DNA of 64,000 nt from Octopus sinensis. Taxonomy: Eukaryota. Location: assembly GCF_006345805.1 (NCBI RefSeq), contig NC_043005.1, positions 5,394,001-5,458,000 on the forward strand, in the 5' to 3' direction. Numbering within the stretch: position 1 is the stretch's first letter; every line of letters starts with the position of its first letter. The notes under the pieces were generated by a model. The model was not told the DNA's origin and searched no databases. It was given only the letters and a program-made list of their open reading frames with translations. Below are positions 12,290 to 25,345 of this stretch, piece after piece. The position numbers and the translations under genes are program-made.

Positions 12290-12850
12290 GAGTTGAGGTG
12301 GTCTTATCCAGTCATCAATGAAATGATTCTCTCACTCTGGGATAACTTTTGTGAATTGGGTGAAGGTGTGGGCCTCAGTGTATCCAATGAACAAAGTTGG
12401 CATTGTTAATAGCCATCCTGGTTACCTTGGTCATCACAGTAAACATTTTAGAAATTCTCATTGGTGGGGGGGAAAAAAAAGAATAATTAAGGATGAGGAT
12501 GAATTAAGAAGAGGAAAGTAGAAGAGTGTTGGACTTGAGCAATGGGTAGAATGGTCAAGCAAATATTTTAGAGTTAAGCAACTGATTGGAGTAGGAGTGG
12601 AGGGACATGGCAGTATAGAGGGAGACTTTAAGGGCCAAAAAAAATAAAAAAGCTGGCAGAGGTGTGGAGGAAGGCGGATGTGTTCAAAGTCATGGTTGTG
12701 TAAAAGAAGCTGGTCTAGGGATTTGGAGATGAGTTCAATGGGGTTGTTGCAGACAAAAAAATGATAGGGTGACTGGGAATGTTGTTTTATGAACCTTGGG
12801 AAGGAAGTTGATTGTGGAGCTTTGTTTTGTGCAGAGGCTGAGGTTATTTT
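12290..12850 (-). mobile_element. Penelope-like element reverse transcriptase relic
   Basis: Minus-strand frameshifted peptides in the expected order: TINFLPKVHK, NIPSHPII, CNNPIELISKSLD, SLYT, TRMAINNAN-FIGYTE, HFIDDW (FIDD at 12311-12322). Compare PLE motifs YFLPKIHK, GRPIVS, SLYT, AMG...YANLF, RYIDD. Confidence 0.75.
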
Positions 12851-13467
12851 CCTTCAGTAACCCTACCTCATACATACATATTTCCCTGTACACACACACA
12901 CACATGCAACAACCCTTTCACACCTTGTCTCTCTTAGCTGGATCACACATACACATCACATCTTTGTAACTTAACTCCCTTGGCATGGAAACACTCTTTT
13001 GTCAATAAAACCCCCATTCTACTCCATTCCACCCCCATTAAATATTTCCCCCCTGTAGTGGCCTTCATTGTTTTGTTTTTTCTTAGAATTTTCTTCTTTT
13101 CCCATCTCTGTCTATTCTTGATGATAGATCACTGACTAAAACATTGAAATCTCCTCTATTTCTTCTGTATAATGGGAAATTAATTGTTTTTTTACTGTTA
13201 CATGTTGTTTCTACTGCTAACTGAAGGAGGAGGAGGAGAACTTGCTGTCAGTGAGGCAGCCTGAGGCAAGTAGAGAGATATAAGTGTCTTGGAATGGTAA
13301 GAAACAATGGTGGAGATAAATGTTCTTAACCAGTGGTCCCAAGACAATGGCTCTGAATATGATTTAAATTCCAGATCATGTAATCTCTCACAAAGTACAT
13401 TATGCTGCGTGACTTGGATCTGATTTCAGATGTAGAATTTAACACCGACAGCTTAATGATTATGATT

Positions 13468-13468
<1 letters not shown>

Positions 13469-13512
<44 letters not shown>
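13469..13512. repeat. Compound (TG)n(TA)n microsatellite (representative)
   Basis: Directly visible. Other long tracts at about 9979-10050, 13757-13797, 16158-16196, 21824-21860, 28004-28030, 34525-34563, 50760-50805, 59345-59378, 63479-63528. Confidence 0.95.
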
Positions 13513-13515
<3 letters not shown>

Positions 13516-13755
13516 TATATAATGTGTGTATATATTACATGTGTGTATCTATAATTTATATATAATGTATATTATATGTGTACATGTAAGAGGTGCAAAT
13601 ATGGCTGTGGGGTTAAAAAGCTTGTTTCTCAGTCCCATTGTGCAGTTTCTTGAACAAATGCCATCTATTATGGCCTCAGACTGACCAAAGTCTTGTAAGG
13701 GAATTTTTTCAGCAGAATCATAAAGAAGCCTGTTGTGTGTATGTGCATACGCATG

Positions 13756-13799
<44 letters not shown>

Positions 13800-16700
13800 A
13801 TGGTTGTAAATGAGCATCACCATCTTACATGGTTGTTTCCAGTCTTCTTTGAAAAATTGTCTGGTTATGGAGAAATATTACATGGGAACAGGTGAGGGTT
13901 GGTGACAGAAAGAGCATCCAGCTGTAGGAAATCTGTCTCACCAAATTCCACCTGACCCCTGCATCATGGACAACTGGATTTAAAATAATGATAGGAATGA
14001 AATTATTTTTGTATTTTCCCCAATTCTTACAGATTTAAACCTTTCAGTTCCAAACAATCCAAATCTTACTAACATTATTATCATTCTTTATCTTTTACTT
14101 GTTTTAGTCATTAGACTGTGGCCATACTGGGGCACTGCCTTGAAGAATGTTTAGTGGAATCAATTGACCCCAGTACTTATTTTTTTAAAGCCTGGTACTG
14201 ATCCCATCAGTCTCTTTTGTTGAACCACTCAGTTACACACATAAAACATGCAACAGGTAACAGGCTTCTTTCAGTTTCCATCTACCAAATCCTCTCACAA
14301 GGCTTTTGTTTGCCCAAGGCTGTAGTAAAAGACACTTGCTCAAAGTGCCACACAGTGGGACTGAACCCAGAATCATGTGGTTAGGAAGCAAACTTCTTAC
14401 TATGCAGCCATGCCTGCACCTATTATTATCATTTTCATTAGCATCTTCTTTCAGTTCTGTTTCCATTTCTTGCCGAGTGTCTTTCTATTATTATTCTGCT
14501 GAGGTCAATTTTGCCTTTCATCCTTTTGGGGTCAATAAATTAAGTTCTAGTGAAACAGTGGAATTGATGTGATTGACTGTCCCCTTCCCCACAAAATCCA
14601 GGCCTTGGATCATCATCATCATCATTGTTAAAGTAGGTAACCTGTTGTAATTTATGCTAGGTTCTCCAAATTCCAGTTTATTACTCCAAGAAATTCAATG
14701 GTTAAAGCTTATTTTCACTACAAGCTTCTAAATTGTTGATTATTTTAAATATTAATTAAAACACCACAGAAATATACAGTGAAACCACTGCATTTCTTCT
14801 GGTCAGACAGTGCATTTGTGAGTAGGGGAGGTATTTCTTTAACAATGTTCTATATCTGAATATAATTATGCCAGTTTATTAAGCAGAGGTTTCCTTTTTA
14901 CTGGCTGTTGTGAATGCACAGATGACTTCATCTTTGAATAAAGGATGGGAAGCTATTGGGATGTCGTTAGCTAATGAAAGAGAAGAGCTTTGAAGTAAAT
15001 TAGATTCATTTTAGAATGTCTTCTCGAGTTACAAAGTATAAATATAACTCTCCCCCTCTCTCTCCCTTCTCTCCCCCCTCTCTCTCCATCTGTATTTTTT
15101 TAAATCATATTTCTGATGCTGTTGCTGTTTTGTATTGATTCATACAGATGAATGACAGATTTCAATTTTTTTTTTTTCCTCAGCAATTTAGCAGACTGGG
15201 GGCTTATATTTCACACGGTTTGTGCTAACTGGGAAAAAAAAAAGTGAAAAAAAGAATGAAAAATAAAAAGAAACCATATGTTTTTATAATGTAAATCTAA
15301 GTCGGAGGCAGTGGGTGCAAGTTTGGTGCCACTGACACTACAAGTGCACATTTATTTGGTGTTCTTACAGTGTTCTGTAGCAGTTTTTTTTTTTCAATTG
15401 TTAACTTTCTATTTTAGTGAAGAAGAATCTCATCATTTGAGAAATGGTTCTCGACAGATTGTGGAGTGATTAGAAGGCTTAACTTCTCCCTTTTCATTAC
15501 TGGCATGGATCAGATCAGTTCTCAAATTCAGATATTTTATATGTTGTTATTAGAATAAGTATTCAGTATTATTAGGCAAGCTGAAAGGGGGTAAGTTGGC
15601 AGAATTGTGAGCACACTTGGCAAAATACTTAGCAGATTTTCATCCTTTTGGAGTTGATAAAATGAGTTGAATACTGGGGTTGATGTAATTGACTTAGCCA
15701 CTATTTCAAACTTGCTGGCTTTGTGCCAAAATTTAAAATCAATATTAATGGTGAGCTGGCAGAATCCTGAGCACACTGGGCAAAATGCTTAGTGGCATTT
15801 CATCTGTCTTCACGTCCTGAGTTCAAATTCTGCCACGGTTGACTTTGCCTTTCACCTTATCAGGCTTGGTAAAATAAATACCAGTTGAACATCGGGGGAT
15901 CGATGTAAGTGAATTACCCACTCTCCCAAAATTGCTGGCCTTGTGCCAGATTCGTAATCAATATTATAGTCAGTTCTGATATCTAATTGTTTGTTCAAGT
16001 TGTATGCATGGGTGTGTAGTTAAGATTATTTCTCAGCCACATGGTTTTGGGTTCAGTCCCACTACTTTGCACCCTGGGCAAATGTCTTCTACAACCCCAG
16101 GTCAACCTAAACCTTATGAGTGTCTTTGATAGAAAGAAACTAAAAGAAATCCATCATGTGTGTGTGTGTGTGTTGTGTGTGTGTGTGTGTGTGTGTTATT
16201 GTTGAGAAAGATTGTGCAACATTTCGTGAAATCTGGACATGTTTTACATGGTTGAATGCAAGCAAAGGACATTAGCTCTATTGTTGTTTACAATCAGTGA
16301 ACACACAGGAAGACAAGGGGCCATATGAACTCACATGCACGCAAACATACTCACAGCAGCTTTCTTCAGTTTCTGCCTACCAATTTCACCCAAAATTTAT
16401 TGGTTGGTTTATGGATATAGAATAAAATGCCAACCAGTGATGTTCCCACGGTGGGACTGAACTCTTAATTTCATGACTCTTAAGTGAACTTCTCAGCTGC
16501 ATAGCCATGCCTGCACCTGTGTATTGTATATATTTTTCCAATACTTCAATCATTTGCTAAGGTTCTGAGCTCTTAACATTTCTTCTATATTTTTAAATTT
16601 ATAGACATCTATTGGTTTATTTTCAATGAACAAGTTGTTAACCCTTCTGTTATCATGTTTCTGTTGAAATACGCTGCCTTTATTTCATTTAAGTTTGAAA

Positions 16701-19700
16701 ATAATGTGTTTAAATACAAAAATGACTGGATGGTCATGGCTTTGATACCTTTGAACATAGTTCTGCTTAAGCCATTTGTTATCACAGCCTTTTAATTAAT
16801 TTAGAAAATAATGAAGAATTTTGTAAAATAATTTTGTCATTATTAAGTTGGTGTTTGGAACATAAATTAACAAGAAATTTTGATGGGAAGTTTTAATTTA
16901 GATCACTTCAAAACAGGTAATTAGTATCAAGGAATAAGAGGCGTTGTTAGACAGATTGATATAAAAAGGTTTAAAATTAAAGGACATTAATTCTTTGCAT
17001 CATCCAGTAGATTTTCAGTTAATTTTTTCATCCTGGTAATAAATTAAAATAACAACTAACGAGTAGTCTCTAAAAAGGTTTGTCAGTCTGCCTCATGGTC
17101 CCAGTGGACAAAAGGGAAGGCAAAGAAGATGTGCTGGAACAGCTACTCTGACTCCCAGGGTTTGTACTTGCAGATAGCTGCCTTCATCCTGATAGCAGTG
17201 AACAGGGATAAACCATTTCCCTTGTTAAATTCTGTTCATCATTTATTTTTGTCAATGTTTTCATCAAGATGTAGGAAAAGTGAACAAGTTTGCTTTGCAA
17301 CCATATTGTTTTGAGTTTAGTCCTATTGTCCCACACTTTGGGCAAGTGTCTACTCTTATAGCTCTGGGTCAACCAAAGCCCTGAGAATGACTTTGGGGGA
17401 CAGAAACTGTTGTAATTCTGTCATGTATATGTGTAAGTGCGTGTACCTGCATGCACCCCCTCCTCCCATCTGGATATTGCTTAGTAGTTGTATACAAGTG
17501 ATGCTGTCCTTTGTTGGTGGTGTCCTTTGTTGACAGTCTGTTGGTGAATCTGAAGAATGGGAACTGAAAGAAGTCTCTAACGTGTGTGTGTGTGTGTGTG
17601 TGTGTCTTGATGTATTCTAGTTATACTAAAATCTTTACACAAGTGGTATTCTCTCCAGTTTGCTATGAAAGCATTACTGGCCATGGGGGAAACACTGCTT
17701 GGAAACAGGTGAGCAGGGTTGGCAATAGGTAGGGCACCAAGCCATAGAAAAATTCCTCCTGACCCATGCAAGCAATGAAAAGTGGGTGTCAAAACTAATG
17801 ATGATGATAAGAGTTAAAAATTTGCAGCTATAAACTGTTTTTGATTTAGATTTACACACCAATAATTTACGTAATTGGAATCCAACACTTAATAGATTCC
17901 GCCTTTTATCTTTTCCTTCTTTTGAAATAACCAGAAAAAAATTTGTTGGGGATATACATACAACTTCTATTTTTCTGTAGCCAACTAAACAAATTAATTA
18001 GTTCAGTCACCAAAATAAATAGGATTCAAATACGATTGCTTCACCTACTTTCCAAAATCACAAATCATATATTGGAAAGTACCTAGTTGAACTATATACT
18101 AAACTGAAATTAAAGCTGTCAGCTATTTATTGATTTTTATTGTTGTTCTCAAATATTGTTGTTTGTTATTAATTAGCTGTAGTTTTTCAGTTTTTCATGA
18201 CACTAAGAGTACATCCACGCGGTTCCTTAACATATGACTGTCATTTCAATCTTTTTTCTATTTACCCATTAATATAATAATGTCTCTAGCCTAAAGCAAA
18301 TTTACTTGTGTGTCTGTGTATATATGTATGTATATATATATATATATATATATACATATATAATGAAAAAGTAAAGAATGTCTTTTATTTCTAAATTTAT
18401 TTCTTTCCTCCTGTGTTTTTTTTTTCTTATTTTACCAGAAACACTTAACAATTTTATTAAGATTTCATTTCTAAGAATGCTGACACAGTTTAAGCATCAA
18501 GTGAAATTCCTGAACACATAAATATTTGCTGCGTAATTTATACTTTCTTGTGTTGGAGACCTAGAGACAGGAGTCTGCTTGTTGTGTCACCAAACCAGAC
18601 AGATGATTACTTCTTTCTTTGTTACCAGGCTCTCCAAATGGTTCTTGGAAATAGAACTTAAATAAATGACGTAATTCCAATTGATAGAAATGGTTGAGCA
18701 GCAAACAAAATGCCTCGTAGTATTTAGCTACAACTCTTTGTGTTCTGAGTTCAAATCCATCCAGTGCCAACCATAGCTTTTCATCCCTTCCTGCGTTATT
18801 ACAATCAAACAGTAAGCTCTTTGTGGTTAAGAAGTTCACTTCTCAACCACATGGTTTCAGGTTCAGTCCCACTGCACATCACCTTGATCAAGTGTCTTTT
18901 ACTATAACCCCAGGCTGATCAATGATTTGTGAGTGACAGAAGCTCATCATGTATGTGTCTGTAATGTTCCTTGAGGGTATGTTTTGACACATCTTTGCTA
19001 CCATCTCTCTTATTATTTTTCTCTTTATCTTACTCTCTAGCTTGCCCTCCTTTCTCTTCCACAAAACACCTATCCTTGTTCCTCTTTACCTTTAATTTCT
19101 CAACTGGCACAAAGCCACCTCCCTCCTCAGTACTGACCCTCTCCTCCCAGCCAACAGAGAAGAGGGTCAGTACTGTCTTGCAAAGTACTTGGGGATTCTG
19201 TTGATGCTAGTGCCATGTAAAAAGCACAGGTGATGGTGCCTTATAAAAAGCACCTACTATACTTTGTAAAGTGGTTGGCATTAGGAAGGGCATTCAGCTG
19301 TAGAAACCAAGCCAAAACAGACTGCCAGCTCCTGTCAAACCATCTAACCCAGGCCAGCATAGAAAACTGGTGTTAGCTGATGATGGTGATGTATATGTGT
19401 GTGTGTGTGTGTGTCTCCTTGACTTGACATCACATGATAGTTGTAAATGAGTATCATCCTCATACAAGTGGTGTCCTTGTCTCTAGCCTTCTGTGAAAAC
19501 ATGTCTGACCATGCAGAAATATTACCTTGCTTAGAGACAAGTGAGGGTTGGTGACACAAAGAGCATCCAGCCATTGAAAATCTGCCTCAATGAATTCTGT
19601 CCAACCCATGGAAACATGAAAAAGTGGATATTAAAATGATAATTACTTGGTTGGTAGAATATTTTACTTTGTTATACTGTATTTATTTATTTTCCTACTA

Positions 19701-21502
19701 GCAACCACAAGGTATCTTTTTACACTGTTTACTTCCTGGATGCGACAGTTTACAGATCATTGCTACTCCCCTTGAATTGGAGGCTACTTAATGGTAGCTA
19801 TGTATAGATGTGTGTGTGTGTGTGTGTGTGCGCACATAATATGGTCTTCGTGACCAGACATCACTTATCTCTTGGATATATCTAAGTAAAACATTAACTG
19901 CTGCTGAGTGTTCTTTCATCATTGCTTTTATGGGTTTATTTTTCTGGTGATTCATTCTGTTGACAATTCTGTCCGTCTCTTTAAATGCAATCAAGTTCTT
20001 TGATTGCCAATTCTCTTAAACTCTTCACCACTTATTTATATTCCAGACACTTTATAGCTTTACCGTTCTTCTTCCATTACTTTCCTGCAGTTCTGCTGAA
20101 TAAATTTCTGTTACTGGCTTAAAGATACAAACAAGAAATTTCTATAAAAAAAAGAAAAAAAACCCAACTCTCCTATATTCTGTAAATTGTAAAGTATATC
20201 TAACTTTTAGGAAACTTCATATGGCTTGTATTTATAAGATGTACAGAGTTTTTGTATAAATAGTATTTATATATGTTTAGAAAAAGAAAAAAAGATCGTA
20301 TTTTTTTTCTCACTTCACTTCTAGCACGATAATATCTGAGAGAGCATTTCACTGTTCATATGTAAATAACAAAATTTGCATTAGTGTCTCACCCATACTT
20401 GCCTATAGAAAGGAAAATAAAACACACAAAATTATTCTCTCTTCAGTTAACATTTCAAAGAATAATCAACTGTTTCTATGCAAATATATAAATTTGCAGT
20501 ACTGTCCAACCCATGCTTGCATATAGAAATGAAGATAAAACTTGCACACACTCAGAAAGCCATTCTCACCTCATTTAACACTGGGAATTGTAATCAGTCG
20601 TTCATATGCAAATGTCTAAATTTGCAGGACTGTCCAACCCATGCAAGCATGAAGAAAGGAAAGAAAAGATTGATTTGTGAGAGAGAAAATACTTTTAAAC
20701 ATGAAACATACATGACTTAACAGAAACCCATTGATTGAATATAAATAACCCTTCCATTTCTTGGTGGATTTTCTTAACATTGTCAAGTGAAGCATATCAG
20801 AAAGAAATCACTTGTTCCGATGAGAGTAATGAGAATAATAGTGTTCTGGCACCTCCTCCCCTTGGTTAATGGAGTGGAACTGGAAACTTAATTTCCATCT
20901 ATTTATTCAAGACTACATTGGAGCTGTCTATGTTGCTTTTGCTACATCCACTGAAAGAGCTTGGATTTGCAGCTAAATGGCACAGTAGCCAGTTATAATG
21001 TGCTCCTACTGTTTATACTTGTGAACTGTATTTTCACTTTCTCATTGTATTCACAAATATTAACAGTTAGATGAAGTGGAAGAGTTTAATAGTGGTGCTA
21101 GGGACAGCTTGGTTGGTCCTCTTGATTTTATCAACTCAGTGCTTGATCCTGTAGTTTACGCAAATATGAAAATTATTAAACACCCAGATCATAACCCCAT
21201 AGTTAAACAACTGCAAAGATATTCTTGTAACACTTTGAAACAATAATCTATTTATCCTTTAAACCTTTTCTTACCATATTTCTATTGAAATACACTGTGT
21301 TTCAATTAATTTTGTAAATAACAAAAAGAATTTGGTAGAGTAACCTTTGTTTGGACCATAAATTAGCATGGAGTTTATATCACACATACAAAGGTGGTCG
21401 AAGCAGTTGGTATTATGAGGGTTATCTACAGGTATGCTAGCAGATTATTAATCTATGCAGTTAGTAGAAACTTTATATGAGTGTATGGTATGGTGTGTGA
21501 AG

Positions 21503-21805
21503 GTGCATGGCTTAGTGATTAGGGTTTTTGGGTCATGATTGTAAGGTCATAAGTTCAATTCCCAGTAGCATGCTGTGCCCTTCAGCAAGATACTTTATTT
21601 CATGTTACTCCAGTCTACCCAGCTTGCAAAAGTGAGTTGTACCTACAATTCAAAGGGCCAGCCTTGTCACATTTTCCATGAGAACTATGTTAAGGGTACA
21701 TGTGTCTATGGAGTGCTCAACCACTTGCACGTTAATTTCATGAGCAGGCTGTTGCATTGATCAGACCAACTGGAACTCTCATTGTTGTAACAGACGGAGT
21801 GCCAG
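21503..21805 (+). mobile_element. tRNA-derived SINE, third family
   Basis: A-box-like tggcttagtg and B-box-like agttcaattcc followed by a non-tRNA body; related head at about 34235-34370. Confidence 0.55.
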
Positions 21806-21822
21806 AGAGAGAGAGAGAGTAT

Positions 21823-21863
<41 letters not shown>

Positions 21864-22612
21864 AAATGAGGTTAATGAAGAAAGAAGACAAGGTTTTATT
21901 GAAATATATTTACTTCTCCATACACAAACGTCTATGCTTGTGCTAAATTTATTCATTAATTTAATTTTCATCACTAAATCATCACTAAAATTAATCTAAT
22001 TTTCATCAAAATGGGAATACAATGCTGTGCTAGAGATGTTTATCATTGCGTCTTTGATAGAAGTTTCCAATTAAAAATTTTTCTGGGTATGAAAATATAG
22101 ACCTGTTTTTTTTTTATTCTTTTTATTCATAATCCATTGTTTTGTTGTTCTTTCATGTTGAAATAAAAATTCAAATTACAGTCATATTAATACTTGAAAA
22201 CAAAATATATTTTCTCATGTTTAAAGCATTATTTCTATTTAATTTTTATAATATATATTATATTTTTAAAAAATTGTTTTATCTTGAAATCATTTCCCTT
22301 CGAAGATTTTTAAGTGAATACAAATTCATCCATGAATTGTGATGATAGAAAATTAAAAAGTTGAGATGAAAGCTTAGAGATTATTACTTGGTACTTTTAT
22401 AAAATTCTATGTAATTTATTTGAAATTTAAAAGGAAAACTTGGTAAAGTTTTTTTTTCTCATCGATGGCAATTTTTTTATATCATATTTCACTTTTAATA
22501 ATTTGACTGACTTTGACAAATAAACAGTTTTTTTTTGATAAAATTTTTTAAAATTACACAAAATATTGAGGAAAACAAAACCAGAACGCTTCTTTTTCTG
22601 GTAACTTTTCAG

Positions 22613-22729
22613 AAAATAACAAGCAACGATATTTAAGATCCAAATTGAAGAGATCATTGCGCCGGGTATCTTCCTATTATTCCAATGTCTACCCACCTGA
22701 TTTTTCTACAGAGGACTCTTTACAAATTG
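22613..22729 (+). CDS. Sulf1: SULF exon D: (E)NNKQRYLRSKLKRSLRRVSSYYSNVYPPDFSTEDSLQI
   Basis: Acceptor aacttttcag, donor TG|gtaagt; 117 nt, open, phase 1-1, bridging exons C and E. The multibasic stretch lies where vertebrate SULFs have their furin-type site. Sequence similarity is weak, so the call rests on splice signals, phase and position. Confidence 0.72.
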
Positions 22730-23979
22730 GTAAGTGTTAGCGAAGTTGTTTCTGTGGTGATCCATTTTAATTCTAAAACAATTAAACAATAAATAAAATC
22801 CTTTGAATTTTAACCTTAAAACAATCTTCTCACATTTGAATTACTTAAAAAATTCAAATTAATTGCTGATATTTGGATTTAGGTACATATATGTGTGTGT
22901 GTGTGGGACTTGTAATGAAACCAAAAGCAATATGTAAATACTTAAAAAGTCACTTAATATACTGTTTAGTAAATTGTTAGTTGTTCATTTTATTTATCAA
23001 TAGAATTAGCTTTTTTAATAATAACACTTTTGCTTCAACTTTAACACTGATGTGGTTAAAGTGACTGCAAAGGGCCTACAAATAAAATAATAATCATACT
23101 ACTACGCTTCTTCCAACATGTTACAAGTTGGTTGCATTGTAAGCAGTCTTAAACAGAAGGATTAGCAGAGAAATAAACCAATCCTTAAACAACAATAATA
23201 ATGATTGCTAATTTTGACACAAGGCCAGCAAGTTTAGGGGGGTGGATGAGTCATTTGCATCAACCCCAGTGTATAACTGGCACCTATTTTATTGGTCCTG
23301 AAAGGATGGAAGGCAAAGTGGACCCCGGCTGTATTTGAACTCAGAATGTAAATCAGAAGAAATGTCACTGAGCATCTAGCCCAGCATGCTAACAATTCTG
23401 TCAGCTCACCACCTTAACATTAATGGTGATATTAAAATATTGAAAATGGTGGAAACATTCTCAAGAAGTTATGAAAATAAATTTGAAAATGAAGAGAATA
23501 TTAATCTACTTCCATTTAATAACTCATTTAAAAAGTGACTTTTAAGCATTTGCAGATCTGTTCCAGTTACTTGGGTATCTGTCCCAGATACCCAAGTCTG
23601 TTTCCATATTTTCCCAGATTGTTTTCTTTCATCATCAGTCCTGCAGATGTATGTACAGAAAAACCAAAGACCACTAATTAGTTTGCAAGACTTTACTCAT
23701 TATCAGAAATACTTTTGTGATTTCTTGCTTTTTTTTTAATGCTGTTATTTTTCTGCTGTTTTAAAATTCAAGTAATTTGGATTTTTTTATCTTTATCATT
23801 TAAAAAAAAAAATTTGCTTACAAGAATTGCAACTAAGGACTATATTTAATGCATGCTTCATTTCATAATATTTGTCAACTGTAAATATTAACTAGATCAG
23901 TCAACTGCGTGGATGAATTAGATGGATCACTTCTGTTAAGGAAGGAGACAACTTGATCACATCGGAGTTCAAGTTCAGC

Positions 23980-24012
<33 letters not shown>

Positions 24013-24044
24013 GTCATTATTTTTGTTGTTGTTGCTATTGTTAA

Positions 24045-25272
24045 AGCAATGAACTGGCAGAATTCTTAGTGTTAGACAAAATGCTGAGTAGCATTTCTTC
24101 CAGCCCCTTACATTCTGAAATCAAATGCTGTTGAGGTTGACTTTGCCTGTCATCCATTTAGGGGTTGATGTAATAGACTTGCTCTCCCCACCCCCATCAA
24201 AGTTGCTGATCTTGTGCCTGTAGTAGGAGGGATCATCATCATCATCAGAATGGTGGTGAGCTGGTAGAACCATTAGCATGTTGGACAAAATGCTTTCAGC
24301 TTTGCAAGAAAAGATATCAGAATAAAGGTGGCAAGCTTTCAGAATTGTTAGCATGTCTGACAAAATGCTTAGCAGCATTTTATCTGTCTTTATGTTCAGA
24401 GTTCAAATTCTGCTGGGGTTGACTTTACCTTTCAGCCTTTCAAGGTCAGTAAAAAGAAGTGCCAGTTGAACATTGAGATCAACCTAACCAATTATCCCCA
24501 ATCCCCCAAACTTCAGACCTGGTGCCTGTTGTAGAAAGAATTATTGTTATTAAAGAAGGGAGCTGGCAGAATCATGAGGCACCACAGAAAATGCTGAGTA
24601 GCATTTCTTCCAGCTCTTTACATTCTGAAATCAAATCCTTCCTTCATCAACTTTGGCTTTCATCCTTTCAGGGTTGATAAAAGAAATAAAATGTACCAGA
24701 TAAGTTCTGTGGTCGATGTAATCGATTGACCCCCTTCTAAAAATTACTGGTCTTGTGCCAAAATTTGAAACAATTACCATTATTATTATTCATCAAATTG
24801 TTAATTTAAAGCTATTATGAAAATATAATTCTTTCTACTATAGGCACAAGGCCTGAAATTTTGAGGGGAGGGGATTAGCTGATTACATTGACTCCAGTGC
24901 TTTGCTGGTATTTCTTTTTGTCAATCCTGAAAGGATGAAAGGCAAAGATGACTTCAATGGAATTTGAACTTAGAACACAAAGCTAGAAGAAATGCCACTA
25001 AGCATTTTGTGTGGCATGCTAACCACTCTGCCAGCCCACCACCTTTAATAATTGTCCACTGTAGGCACAAGACCTGAAATTTGGGGTGAGGAGTGGGGTT
25101 GGTTAATTACATTAATCCCAGTGCTCAGCTGCTACTGATTTCATCTACCCCGCAAAAGGATGTAAGGCAAAGTGACCTCAGCAGAATTTGAACCACAGAC
25201 TGTAAAGCTGGAGCAAATGCCACTACACATTTTGTCCAGCATGCTAATGGTTCTACCAGCTTACCACCTTCA
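24045..25272. mobile_element. Cluster of about six MetaSINE-like copies (four +, then two -)
   Basis: Repeated ctggcagaat...cttagcagcattt...ctttcatcc units on + to about 24790, then reverse-complement units at about 24830-25048 and 25055-25272. Confidence 0.75.
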
Positions 25273-25345
25273 ATAATAATAATACTAATACTACTACTAC
25301 TACTAATGATAATAATAATAATAATTAATAATAATAATAATATTA
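25272..25345. repeat. (AAT)/(ACT) trinucleotide microsatellite (representative)
   Basis: Directly visible. Also (ATT)n at 23982-24012 and 35953-35975, (AAT)n at 63245-63271. Confidence 0.9.

Noticed and set aside
13110-13160. Penelope-type hammerhead ribozyme (ttgatga-tagatcactgact-aaaac)
   Set aside because: Both catalytic boxes deviate (no CUGAUGA, no GAAA) and stems are poor; at most a dead relic.
14033-14154. Acceptor-like ttcttacag as an extra phase-1 exon
   Set aside because: The frame runs into repeat sequence and a stop with no donor.
15184-15230. Strong polypyrimidine acceptor (also 18438)
   Set aside because: No phase 1-1 open exon with a usable donor.
21503-21580. tRNA genes (also about 34235-34300 and other SINE heads)
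   Set aside because: A/B-box-like motifs exist but no complete cloverleaf, and each continues into a repeat body.
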